A DNA stretch of 64,000 nt, taken from the NCBI RefSeq assembly GCF_009914755.1, contig NC_060926.1; one strand, given 5' to 3'. A program made the position numbers and the translations under genes. Of the stretch, positions 40,170 to 53,706 are shown in pieces. The notes below the pieces were generated by a model, which was not told where the DNA came from, did no database searches, and saw only the letters and a program-made list of their open reading frames with translations. The number at the start of each line of letters is the position of its first letter. Positions within the stretch are counted from its first letter, which is position 1. This DNA is from the human T2T-CHM13v2.0 reference genome, Homo sapiens.

Positions 40170-41880
40170 GAAAATATGAAGCATAACATAAGCAATTAAA
40201 ATAGTATAACAATAGGATAATAAAGCACATCATCCATCTTCAACAGCCATCAACTCACACCAACCTTGGTTCATCTGTTGCTCCACTTACCTCCTCTACT
40301 TTCTGGATTAAATTGAAGCAAGTTCCAAAGAACTATTAATTCATTTGTAAATAATTAAATATGCATCTCCAAGAGATAATGACTCCTTGAAAATATCCTA
40401 ATATCACATCTAATAAGGAATTAACAATAATTATGTAATATTTTCAAATATCCAGATTCTGCTCAAAATTATATTAAATTTATTTGTCTGAATCAAGATT
40501 CAAGTAAGATTCATATGGTAGTTGGCTGACATTGCTAAAGTCTTTCTTGATCTTTTCATCTCTTGTTTCTGTGAAATTTTTATTTTGTTGTTGTATTGTT
40601 GAAGACACGAGGTTGTGTGTCCGGCAGTTTCACCAAGTGCAGATTTTGCTTATTATATCTTTGAGGTGTCTTTAACAAGATCTTCTAGCCCCAATACTTT
40701 CTGTCAGTTGTTGGTTAGATCTAGAGGTAGGATCAAAGTTAGATATGTCTTTTTAAACAGGAGTACTTCACAGGCTTTGCTGTGTATGTTTATCAGGAGG
40801 CACACTATGTTATTTGATCTTTAATCTTGAGATGATTGGTAATTATCATTTAGGACTGACAAAAAAGCAATATTTTAATTCTATCATTTCTTCTTCTTTT
40901 AAGTTGAAGTACTTCTATGAACAGAAATCTTCCCTTATCAGCTACTTGGTTGAGATACAACAGGTAAATTATTGATAATTACCCTTTATTTATAAGCTTT
41001 TAAAATCGTATGTTGATACCTCAATAGTCTCCAAAGGTAATCAAAGAGCCTTTTAAAATATCATTATGAATGAATAAATTGAGAAATATCTGAGAACACC
41101 AAGCTTACTAGAGCTCAGATATTTTTCATCTTTGGGCAGTGAAAGCTAAGTCAGGTAGGCTCTTGAATACTTTTGGGAAGTTTCTTGTCAACATATAAGA
41201 TATTCCAGACTCATGTCATATATTTCCTTCTGCAGACCTAGAATTCATTATTTCTCCAAGAAGCCCTGGGTTTCCTTTTAGTGGAAAATAGAACCTATCT
41301 AGAGACCAAAATCTAGGAGTGCAGAATGCTTATTGCTATTGGGTTGTTCATTATTTCTAGGTCTTTACATTGACAGAGCAGAGGATACTTTTTTTTTTTA
41401 GAAAATAAAATATATTATAAATTTATACTGATGACTACAATTCAAATTTAGGGTTACAGTATTTTAATTTACCCTCATCAATCCTTCATTTTTTTTTTTA
41501 CTTCTATGTCAAAAATCTTGGTTTTCAGCAACATAAATGTGATTACTCATTTGCCTTAATCCACACTACATATAAAACACTCACTACAAAATTACCACCA
41601 CCAATATAATTATCAAAAACACAGTTTATGGTTTATAGTTCCTGAAGTTTATTTTGTCCTTAGGGTATATCTCAGTGTAGATATACAGTGAAAATACTGT
41701 GCTTTATAATCATTTGCAATAGTTCTTCCTTCTATAGTAATTCCACCAACTGGATATTTAATGAAGTTTATCTGTTTTCTTTACTTTCAGAATTTAGATA
41801 TTGTTTTTCAAATCTAAATTACATTTAATAATCACATAAACTATATATGTGAACTCAGAGTCAAATCTTCAAAGACTATT
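40170..41880 (-). mobile_element. L1MC (MC4/5-like) 3'UTR
   Basis: ATTAACAATAATT..AAATATCCAG, TTTCTCCAAGAAGCCCTGG..CCTTTTAGTGGAAA..TAGAGACCAAAATCT motifs. Confidence 0.85.
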
Positions 41881-44800
41881 GAGACATGAAAAATGTTGGT
41901 TGAGCTGCCACGTTTCACCAAGGGAATTTGGCGGGGTGGTCACTAAATTCATGCATTTTTGAAATTTCTAGTTTTAGAAAAAGACTGAGGGCTCACCCAT
42001 CTAGAAGCAGATCTAGTTTGAGAATGAAGAAAGTTGGCTGGCACCAAGCACCAAGGGACAGTAGCAATGTGAAAACACTTCAGAAACTGCTCAGATCATT
42101 TTTGCTGGAAGAAAAAGTACACTACCAAGTAATATTTTAATAGGTATTTATTTCATCGGAAATTTTAAAAAATCAGCCACAATTTTCTTCTACCTTTGTG
42201 AAATTTTGCGTGTGATTTACGAGTTGGCATTAAGAGATCACTTAATACTTGCTGTTCTGCCCTATTCTTTGGCATTCTATCATAAACATTTTCCGTGTGG
42301 TAGCATATTCTTCCTATTTTCATTTTAATGGCTGCATACTATTTCATGGGGTGAATGGACCTTAATTTAATTAGTCTGCACTACCGTAAAATATTTAGGC
42401 AGTTTTCCCTTTTCTTTTTTTTCTGTTACAATTATCTTCCAGTGAACACACGAAGCTCCATAAAAGTAATTTTAAGCGCTTTGCTTTAGCTGTGGCAGCA
42501 GTCGCAAGTCGTATTTTTGATCATCTGGGTGCACAATACTTTACCAGGTCTTGCTCACCAGTTAGATAAAATATTTGCTAGTTATGATGCAAGGAAGAGC
42601 AAAAATAGTAAATATTATTTTGAACCAGCTGCCAAGAGAACAGATGGAATCCCACAGTATCCAAAACATTTGACCTGAAGTTGTCCTCTGTGACCAGATC
42701 CATTTCTTCTCAAAATACATTTTTCAAGCAGTAGTTCCCTGACCAGTAGAAAATGCTGCTTTTATCTTTCTCTTCTTTTGTAAATCATACTGTATGCTAT
42801 CTTGTTAAAACACCCCATGCCAGAGAAGTATGAATGAATAAATCTTCCTGCAGATCTAGGTTTCCTTCAGGCATAACTAAACCTGGCAAACACACTGTTA
42901 AAATGACCAGCCACAGCACTGGACCCCAAGAGAGCTCTATGGTCTTACATAATAACTGCACAACAATCAAAGAGGCCAATAGAGGGGGTGAGCTGGGATT
43001 TTTTTTAGGTAGGGGGAGGGAGCGGAAGTAAAAACAGAAGAAAATATGAGCTGCAGGGCTAATTGGATGTAATTTGGAGATTTCAAAGAACACTGACTAC
43101 AAGGTTTGAAGAGGTGCAGTATTTTTGAATGATGAGGCACCAGAAACTCCCTAGGTAGCATTTTGAATTTAATTTAAATGAGAATCCAGTATTTGTGCAA
43201 ACCTGGGGCTGTTAGGATGCAAGACTATCTTGGGATTGGCATTGGCAAACCATGCACAGAGCTGTGATGAAGAAACCCTGTCAGAAGACGGTGCATTATG
43301 GCTTTAGAGAGTGAATTTCTAGACAGTCAAGGTTGTGTGAAATGGGGTACTTTCAGCATCCCTAGAGATGATGTCTTGGTTGGTTGGATCTTGGATTTTG
43401 CAGATTACTGATGAAAACATTTTTTGGAGATATAAGGGACTGAAGGCATAATATGAAATCTTACTTTCAAAAATTTCTATCAGTTAAGTTCAAAGAGTCA
43501 TTTTGGGGCTTATGGGGATTTATAATATAAGTTTGTGACAGGTGACATTATTTTCTTATACTGGGCCTTGAATTAGATTGAATAATTAACTGTGATTTAA
43601 GATTTGAAGAGGCCAGTATTTTCTAAATACTAAAACAGTGGTTTTGGACGTTTTATGCTTCAGAGATTTAATTCCTGCAAGATTAATTTCTTTGTAAAAC
43701 CCAAAAAGTATCTATATTTTGAATCAGACATCCAGATTCTTTAGGAAGCAATTTTTCACCAAAGATAATTGCTGCTGAGATTTAAATGGATAGAATCCTA
43801 GTCACCTTGGAGCATGAAACATGTCTAATTGTCCCATCATTTTATTAGAATATTATTTTATTTAAAATTTTGCCAACTTCATTAAGACATAAAGACCAAG
43901 TGAGAAAGAGCAATTCATCTAAAATAATTAGCTGGAATTTTTCATTCATGGGTCTTTTGCCAACCTTAATCATTAACCTGGACTTTAACAACTTGTGCAT
44001 TCTTGCTGACAGCCTGACTCTCATCTTGAACTCTCCAACCCAACTGAAGTTTTTTTCTTGAGATAAACTGCACACTGACTCTTCAAGTATCTGAACGGCG
44101 GGGGAAAGCTTAGACAAATAGATTAGTAACAATGCTCAGGTGTGTTGAGAAATGGGCGAACGAACGGCTGTCCTTGACTAACTCTCTGGATGCTCAGAGA
44201 GACATTTTTATTGTTTCGTGCAGTCCTTGTTTAATACCATGTTTTGAAATACACTGCAAAGTTGACAAGACGAACAGTGGAGAGGTGGAGGTCTTCTTAT
44301 TTCTTTGTCTTTGTGGCAAGTGTCAAATCTCACTTTTTCCCTAAGATTCCTAGAATGCACAGCTAAGAGGAAACATGAGAATTTATCTAGAATAATGGCT
44401 TAACAATTATTTCATCATGACACATGAGACAGCTGGTGGATCATGTTGTGCACCTCCCATGGGTTATTTTAAATAGTTCCTCAGGTGTTTGGAATGCGCA
44501 GCCAAATTTGTGAATAACTGGCTGGTGGAAAGAAGATGGCACCATATCCTCGTTGATAAGATAAAAGCTTTAGAGTAGAAAATTGCTATCATTAATTTTC
44601 CTTCAAACTTTCTCTGCCCCCTCTTGCCTCTAAGTCAGATCAATTGTCAGCCTGCTTCTCTGCCTTCGCTGAATTGACAGTTGCTAACACACTGCTAATG
44701 GCTAACTGGGACTTATTGATTACAGAAAAACGTTTGGCTCATTCAAAATCAAAGTGATAACATGTTTGAAAAGATGCTTAATATATGTATTTAAAAACAG

Positions 44801-44959
44801 CTCTCACAAAAGATTGGTTAAGGGCTTTAAGATACAAAGAGCTGTTATTAACAAATAAAGTGGACTTGGGTCGTTAACGGGTAATGTATAAGAAAATTAA
44901 AATGGGTGATAACATTTTAAAAGAAGTTTGCCTTTATTAATAATAAGATAAATATAATT

Positions 44960-45605
44960 TCAAACTATAACAGCATAGCACTGTGCATTAAATCTCATTT
45001 AATTGGCAAAAGGGCAAAAATGATGCCTGGCAGTAGTGAAATAGTGAGGTTTCTACATTGCAGAGGTGTTGCTAATTGGCACAGCCACTCTAAAGAAAGA
45101 TTAGACGATATGGACCTAAATTCATTAAAATGTGTATACCGTTGAAGCAGCATTTCTAGTAGTTAGCATAAGAAAATAATTTGTCAAATATTCAAAGATG
45201 TTTATACACAAATGTTCATAGTAACTTTTTAAAATATTCAAAATAAAAAAAACCCTCAGTGGACACCAATGAATAAGTTTTGAATATCCTTTCAAAAGAC
45301 TATGAGATAGCCATGAAAATCAATGATACAGATGCAAGTGTATCTATATAAATAAATCTTTAATAAATATACAGTGTTAAGTAAAAACACCATACTATAA
45401 GACCATATGTATGTACGTATGTGTACATATATACAAATATACATACATATCTATGTAACTTGATAAAATTTGGACGATTATAAATGAACATATTAGCAAT
45501 ATGCTCCCTGAGATGATCGTTTTTTCTCTCTCTAGTGCTCTATATTTTATAATTCACTTCTAAAATTTTAAAAGAACACATTATTAAATTTCTGAAAATG
45601 AAAAA
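44960..45605 (+). mobile_element. L1ME 3' fragment
   Basis: AATTGGCACAGCCACTCT, TTAAAATGTGTATACC, AATGTTCATAG, GTGTTAAGTAAAAA. Confidence 0.7.
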
Positions 45606-45934
45606 TTCCTTTACTTTAGACAAATGTAACAAGAAATTATACTATTTCAAAACTTACTGGTCGTGACCTCTTAAGAGTTTATTTCAGTGTCTTTGAAAAG
45701 CTCAGAAAGACAACTGGAACTAGAAATATAGGCAGGGGTTTTTTATTCTGTCCAGTTCAGGATAATACTAATAAACTAAAATAATTCCAACGTTATAGGA
45801 CAAGCAAAGTCTGATTTGGAAAGGTCAGTTTATGAAATGAGAGTCGAGTTAATAGCAATTCTCTTCCCCCTCACCCCATTCCATTATAATTTGATCATTT
45901 AAATGAGAAGACAAATATATTATTATTACGAAAG

Positions 45935-47020
45935 ATGTTATTAGGATTCTTCCCATCTCAAGCTTGGTTTAAACCCCAAGAGAATAGCTGCCAACCACAT
46001 CCAGATTCCAAAGAGAGGCCTGTGGGTGCCAGATTACCAAAGCAAGGTTTACCAATGAGATAGCCAAGAGCCAGTTTTACAACCCTTAAACCCTTAGCTG
46101 ACTGTCCACCTCTGATCTATAGAAGGGATTTGACAGATTGAGAGAATGTGGTGTAGATTACAAAAGAGTTTTAGAAAAGATTTGTAAGGATACTGTGTGC
46201 CCCCAACCTCTCTGCCCTTCTGGTCCCCACCCCTCCCTACCATGTGGGAGGGATGAAGATGCTTCTCCCTGATTTCAAGTCTAAAAATGGGAGTCTCGAT
46301 TGAACTATCTGGAACATTTGATATGTGTCTCCCTAGAGCTAGGGTGCTGTTGCATTGGTATCTAGTTGATGCCTGAGAGATCAAAAGGCTTGAGATTATG
46401 GCTGGCCAGTTATTCTCATTCAGGACAAAGATTTGCTGCAAGGAAAACTGCTTAAATGCCCAGAGTTTATCAGCATATAGTTTATGTTTTTTAGGGACCA
46501 AATGTGACCAAGATGGGAGGTGGGGAAGGAGATTCTGGAGTTGTTTTAAAGGGGGTGAGAAAACCTCAACAGAAAGAGACCTGTGTTGAATGCCTACGGC
46601 TGCTGAGCAGAGAGTGAGGAGCTGGAAGAGGTCATTTGCCAGCTCGCAAGTAAGATGCTGGAGTTTCCGACAAACCCACACATTTGACCCACTGTGAGTC
46701 CCCTCTAAAAGCATGCCTCCTTCCGAGACAGCACCACTCACTGCAGGCCACGTTCCCCTGCTCTACCCCGCCTCTATCCTGAAGAAACCTGTGAATGAGG
46801 GAGGAGTTAACAGGAGAAAATGAGGAGTTTTTCCTCAAGGCCAGAGCTAAAGGAAGAGACATGGTTTCACTTTAAACTAAGTTGAGCATTTGGATGACTC
46901 TGTTAATGATCTGAGAGTACTTTTGGGGACTAAAGGGACTGGAGAAATCTTTATGATCTGAGAATGACCAGAAAACTCACAGGGCCTGCCTGCGTGTCCA
47001 GTGTCAGGAAAAAGACTAGC
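45935..47020 (+). mobile_element. Ancient long LTR (LTR78-like)
   Basis: Higher-GC block with a 3' TTTAAACTAAGTT..CTGAGAATGACCAGAAA motif recalled from LTR78-type elements. Confidence 0.5.
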
Positions 47021-47895
47021 GAAAGACTCTCTCTCCTTTATTTGTATTTATCATTTAAACTAAATCATACATATCAAGACACTTCACTTCTAAAATGTAC
47101 CATGCACCTCTTAAGAATAGGGACAATTGCTTTCAGGACCACACTACCATTATTGGGACTAAAAAAAAATCAATTATCAATAATTTCCAATCATCTAGTG
47201 TCTGGTATATATGCAAAATTTCCCAAATGTTGCACCAGTGTCTTTGTAGCTGTTGTCATTTATTCACTTATGTATTTAATTAGTATCTAATCTGGTTCTA
47301 ATTATGTTTCTTTAGTCTCTTTTGGTCTAGAATATTCCATTCGTTGCTTTTTATTCCACTCCATTTTTTAAAAATCCAGGATATTCTTTTTATAGAATAT
47401 CCCATAATTTGTATTTGGTTGATTGTTTCATCTTGTTGCAATTAAATATCTTCTTCTATCCCTTATATTTTCTGTAAGCTTAAATAAGTTAGCTTCGGGT
47501 TAAATATTTTTTCTCTGTCTTTTTTGCAAGAATAGATAATTGGGAATGCTTTCTTATTATGTCATATCAGATTGTTCTGATATTAGATATCTAAGTGTAT
47601 CCACTTGGCTAATATTGTTACTTTACAGTTTTTCCTTTGTAGTTCATAAGAAATCTAATTCTGTGGTTGGGGAATTGTGAGTACTCTGCTCCCGAACCAT
47701 TTCTCAACTAATGGTTTTAGCACTCATTAATGATACATTCTTAATAAATTACAATACTATGGACTTGAAAAATGGTAATTTTATAAGTACTATATATATA
47801 TATTTGTATTTATCAGAGAGTTTTTCTCTAAAAGAAGTTTCCTTTTTGTTTTCCTTTTCTTTTGTTTGAGCATAACTGTGTAACTATGGACTTAG

Positions 47896-48205
<310 letters not shown>

Positions 48206-48640
48206 AGGGGGTTTTAATTTATATCAATGGGTTTCAATTAATTACCATTGTGATTACTTTTGCTGCTAAAATTATCCCAAATTTGACAAGGAATGTTCCT
48301 TCAGGCTGGCTCTTACATCCATTTTTGAGAGGCCTAATAAATACTTGCTCTCTCACTTATTCCAGGATCTCCTTACCTTACAAACCTCAGACATAGAATT
48401 AGCTATTTCTCCATATAGCTCTGGTTCTTTTCATGGGCAATCATATTTAGAAAACAAAATCTGGGTGCTAGATGTGCTTACTGCTATTGGGATGTCATTG
48501 CTTCTAAGTCTTTTTAGTGGGCAGAACTAGAAGATATATTAAAATGGAAATCAATTACTTTGCATTGATATTTTCATTAAAAATTTAACATTATAGATTT
48601 GTTTTCTCCTAACTTTATTTATTTCATATTGGTTTTTCTT

Positions 48641-48947
<307 letters not shown>

Positions 48948-48992
48948 AGCTGGTTTTTCTTTTTATTACACTGAAGATCTAACTTTTTGTGG

Positions 48993-49308
<316 letters not shown>

Positions 49309-49809
49309 TTTTTGTGGATTTTAATTGTCTTAATGGGTTACAATTTGCTTTATCCTAATTGTTTATATGTGTGTATTACTATTAAATTTACTGAGTGAAA
49401 TTTAGATACAACATCTTCTTGGAATACAAGCTTTGCAGATAGATTTAAAAATATACCCCACTAAAATGTAGAGGTAATACTGTCTTCAACAGATATTTGA
49501 AACAATTCTTTAATCTGCATGGTCTTATCAATTAAGTTCATTTGGTAAACCAAATGAATTGATAAAACCATGCAGATTTTGGCACTTCTGCCTGTGTTTT
49601 ATCATCTGCTATCTTTTTCTTTTAGGTAAGATTTTGTTTCTCAAATATGAAAAGCTTTTACATAGTTCAAAAGTTAAATGAATATAAAAAGTATATTCAG
49701 AGAGGTCTCATTCCTATCCTGTCCTTTCTACCCAAGTCCCTATCCTTATACAGAGCCATTTTTTTAAGTTTTTTTTTATTTGTCTTTTCCTATTACCCTA
49801 TCATTAATT

Positions 49810-49925
49810 GGTGAATGAGGCAGAGGAGTTATTTGCCTGAACACACATGGCCACAGAGTGGAGGAGATAGGATTTAACCCAGAGCAGTCTGGTTGCAGAA
49901 GTAAACCCTTAGCTACTTTGCAAAC
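49810..49925 (-). mobile_element. MIR fragment
   Basis: ATTTGCCTGAA..GGATTTAACCCAG..CAGTCTGG. Confidence 0.7.
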
Positions 49926-49954
49926 GGCCTATTAAAGTAAGACTGTGGGGGAAG

Positions 49955-50170
49955 ACAGGCTTTGAAATTAGCAGGTTTTATCACTTGCTATCTGGGTGAC
50001 TTTGAGCAAATTCCTTAACTTCTCTGAGGTTTATTTTACCCACTTATGAATTAGGGATAATAATGTTTACTTTGCAGAGCGTAACAAAGAATAGAGATAA
50101 CTTAAGCAAATTAAGTTGTAGATTGTCAGGCACATAGTAATTACTCAGTGAATGTTACCCATTATTATAA
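49955..50170 (+). mobile_element. MIR SINE
   Basis: GGGTGACTTTGAGCAAATTCCTTAACTTCTCTGAG..GGCACATAGTAA. Confidence 0.85.
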
Positions 50171-51056
50171 CTAGTAAAACTATAATAGTACGACTCATAC
50201 AGAAGAACACTAGAAACTTTTATTGTTCAGTTGTCACTGAAGTATGTGTTGATCTGATCTATGTTATTTAGTAAGATTAAAATTTTCTAAGAGTTGATGA
50301 ACTTGAACAAAAAGCAAACAAGCCTGGGTTTGATAATTTATGGTTTCAAAAATGTTAAAATAATCTCAGAGGGCTTTGCTGATTTTGGTTCATTTTTCAA
50401 AATAGAAGTTTCAATATTTTAGTGGAAAAGAATGTTTTACTACTACTAGAAGTCATATAGAAACAATAAGGTAATTTCTAGCTGAAGTGAGTTTTACGTA
50501 AACTTGTTTAACTTCCTCATTGTTTTTTTTTTCTGTTTGCAATATAAGATATTCTTATGCTCCTCATGTTTTAAAGAATTTTTATTCTGTGTTGAACACA
50601 AAGAAGTTTGAACCATGCAGAGGTTGAATTTAATTTGTATAAAATCCTCTTAATAGCATGGTCTAATTAAGACACCCATTACATTCATGGAATGCTAATT
50701 TAATTTGGAGGGAAATGTAGTTGAGCACTATTGGGTTTACCATAAAATTAACACAGTGGACATAAAATGGATGTGCTTATTAGATATTGTTATCAGAAAT
50801 ATTATATGAATGAAAATCACAATACTGCTATCTTGATGGAAATAATTGTTTTACAGAATAAGGCATACTGTGTGATTAACTAGCTAATTTATATGAAGCT
50901 ATATGAGCAAGACTGTTAGTGACCGCTTTTCTGAAGACAAAGATTATTCAATCGTTTTTTTCTGACATTAGTAAATGCCTTGGCCCCTGCCTTAGAGAGT
51001 TTGTTATATTGGTGAAATTTATCATGGTAGATTGAACACATTGACTTGTATTAAGG

Positions 51057-52006
51057 CAGCAGATCTCAAACTTTTTATCTCAAAATCTTTATACCCTTAA
51101 AAATTGTTCAGGACTCCAAAGACTTTTTATTGATGTGAGTTATATCCATTGCTACTTACATAAAAAATTAAAATGAAGACATTTTAAAAATATTTTTAAT
51201 TTATTTAAAATAGCAACAATAAAATCTCATATGTTAGCATAAGTAGCATAGTTTTTTAAAACATGAGGATATTCCAAATGTTGACAGACTTCATTGCAAA
51301 TTGTAAGAAAATTACATTTGTTAATATCACATTCTTGAACATCTATAATTACTGAGAAGCTTTCAATGTGTTGGTGAAAGACACACGTTTCAGAATTTGA
51401 CTTTTTGCTTAAAAGCTGCCAGTTATTTTCTTCAAAGTGACAGATTCACTCATTCATTTTTTTAAGAAAGTGTCTGCTGAGTACTTGAGTCTAACCATAG
51501 TTTATTAGTCATTCTTTCAATAAAAATCATGTTAATGTAAAAAGCAGATAGTTCATTTCACAAGTCAAACATTTGCACAAATATTTTTCCTTGAAATAAT
51601 CACTGTGCTTTGATATGCAGCAGAACTGCTTTATATAAACTTCCCATTTTGTCACAGAGAATATTAAAAAGATGTGCAACAAGTAGTTGATATGTAAATA
51701 AACCTAATAATTTTTATAGCTTCAACAAGAACATTCTTATATAACATTGGCATTTTCTCCTGCCTGCAGGCGAGTGGCCTTGAAAAATACCTTGATTGCT
51801 GGAAGAGTTCAGTGCCAAATATTCGGTGCCAAAGACACTAGCAGTTCTACCCAAAATTCCTTTTGCATCATTGGCACCAATGCCAATACAGTGAAAAAGT
51901 CAAATAATGTCCTAGAATTATTAGGAAAACTGTTTAGACCTTGAGGAACACTACAAAGTGTCTTGGAGATCCCCAGGGCTCTGTGGACTATACTCTGGGA
52001 ACGCTG
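51057..52006 (-). mobile_element. Charlie1a-like hAT DNA transposon with both ends
   Basis: CAGCAGATCTCAAAC left end; right end reverse-complements to CAGCGTTCCCAGAGTATAGTCC; 8-bp flanks TATTAAGG / TAGTAAGA match at 6 of 8 positions, consistent with a hAT TSD. Confidence 0.8.
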
Positions 52007-52856
52007 TAGTAAGATCCATGTTTGCTCAGATGTCCTTGAATCAGGACAGAGAAAGCATTTACAAAGAAAGGTGGCTCTGTTTCTGCTACGGATGCAGACT
52101 ACTCTCCATGCTCCCTGAGAATTTGGGGTACTATGAGCCTTTGTAGGAAGATGCAAAACTTTTCTGGCCCCAAATCCCAACAGTATACCTCCTTAGATGG
52201 TTTTTGATATAAGACTTTTGTGTCACAAACAGTCCATAAAGAGGGATTCACTTTGAATATTTGGATGGTGGAGGAAGTGAGGGTGGGTAGAATATGTAAA
52301 GAGGCTCAAATCACAAATCACACAATGGTGGAACTTTTGCTATCGCCACATACTTGGAAAGATGACTGGAGATACAAATATAGAAGGAACCATTTGCAAA
52401 CTAACATAGTACAAATTGTACTTTTCTTAATTCTTTGGATTTTATTATTTACTTTTTGAAGAACATTGTTTTACTTTGGCTAATTTGAACAAGATATTTG
52501 TTACAAATGGGATGAGATTCTAATATCTTGTATTTTAAGATCCCTAAATAAGCAAGGTTTTGTTTCAAATATTTAGCCTTGGAATAAAACGTTAACACAG
52601 TATAATATAAATAATTATATTTCGTTAATGCTTTTTACCACATAGGTGATGATTAAGGGATGAAAAGGGATTTTCATTCAGGATAAGCTGTTTACAAGAT
52701 TGAAGACTTTAGGAGGATCATCTGATCTGTTACCCTCACTATTGTCCTCCAATCCACACAGGAATTGGTTGAGCATAATTCAGAGCAGGCTGTCAGGGGA
52801 ACGACTGGGGCCCAGAAGCTAATTAATACAAATCACACTTAAGATTTTATTTCAAG

Positions 52857-53706
52857 TGCTGTGCAGAAGCTCTTTAGTTTAATTAGGTCCTACTTGTCAG
52901 TTTTTGTTTTTGTTTCAGTTGCTTTTGAGGACTTAGCCAAAAATTCTTTGCCAAGGCTGATGTCAAGAAGGGTATTTTCTAGGTTTTCTTCTAGAATTTT
53001 TATAGTTTGAGGTCTCACATTTAAATCTTTAATCCATCTTGAGTTAATTTTTATATGTGCTGACAGGTGGGGGTCTAGTTTTATTCTCTTGCATATGGCT
53101 AGCCTGCTATCCCAGCACCATTTATTAAATAGGGAGTCCTTTTCACATTGCTCATTTTTGTCAACTTTGTCAAAGATCAGATGGCTGTATGTGTGCGGTC
53201 TTATTTCTAGGTTTTCCGTTCTGTTCCATTGGTCTGTATGTCTGTTTTTGTACCAGTGCCATGCTGTTTTGGTTACTGTAGCGCTGTAGTATAGTTTGAA
53301 GTTGGGTAGGGTGATGTCTCCAGCTTTGCTCTTTTTGCTTAGGAATACTTTGGCTATTCAGGTTCCTTTCTGGTTCCATATAAATTTTAGAATAGTTTTT
53401 CTTATTCTGAGAAAAATCATATTGGTAGTTTGATAGGAATAATGTTAAGTCTGTAAATTGCTTTGGGCAGTATGGCCATTTTAATAATATTCTTCTAATC
53501 AATGAGCATGGAATGTTTTCCATTTATTTGCATCATTTCTGATTTTTTTCAGCAGTGTTTTGTAGTTCTCCTTGTAGAGATCCTTCATCTCCTTGGTTAG
53601 CTGTATTCTTAGGTATGTCCATTTTTTTGCAGCTATTGTAAATGAGATGTGTTCTTGATTTGAATCTCAGTTTGAACATTATTCGTCTAAAGAAATGCTA
53701 CTGATT
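52857..53706 (-). mobile_element. Inverted 5' segment of an L1PA16-like element (ORF2 region)
   Basis: Antisense L1 ORF2 sequence; ORF 53170-53523 has the ORF2-like start MENIPCS. Confidence 0.92.

Noticed and set aside
51809-52180. 123-aa ORF as a transposase remnant
   Set aside because: It straddles the Charlie1a terminus and flanking DNA and has no recognisable hAT motif.
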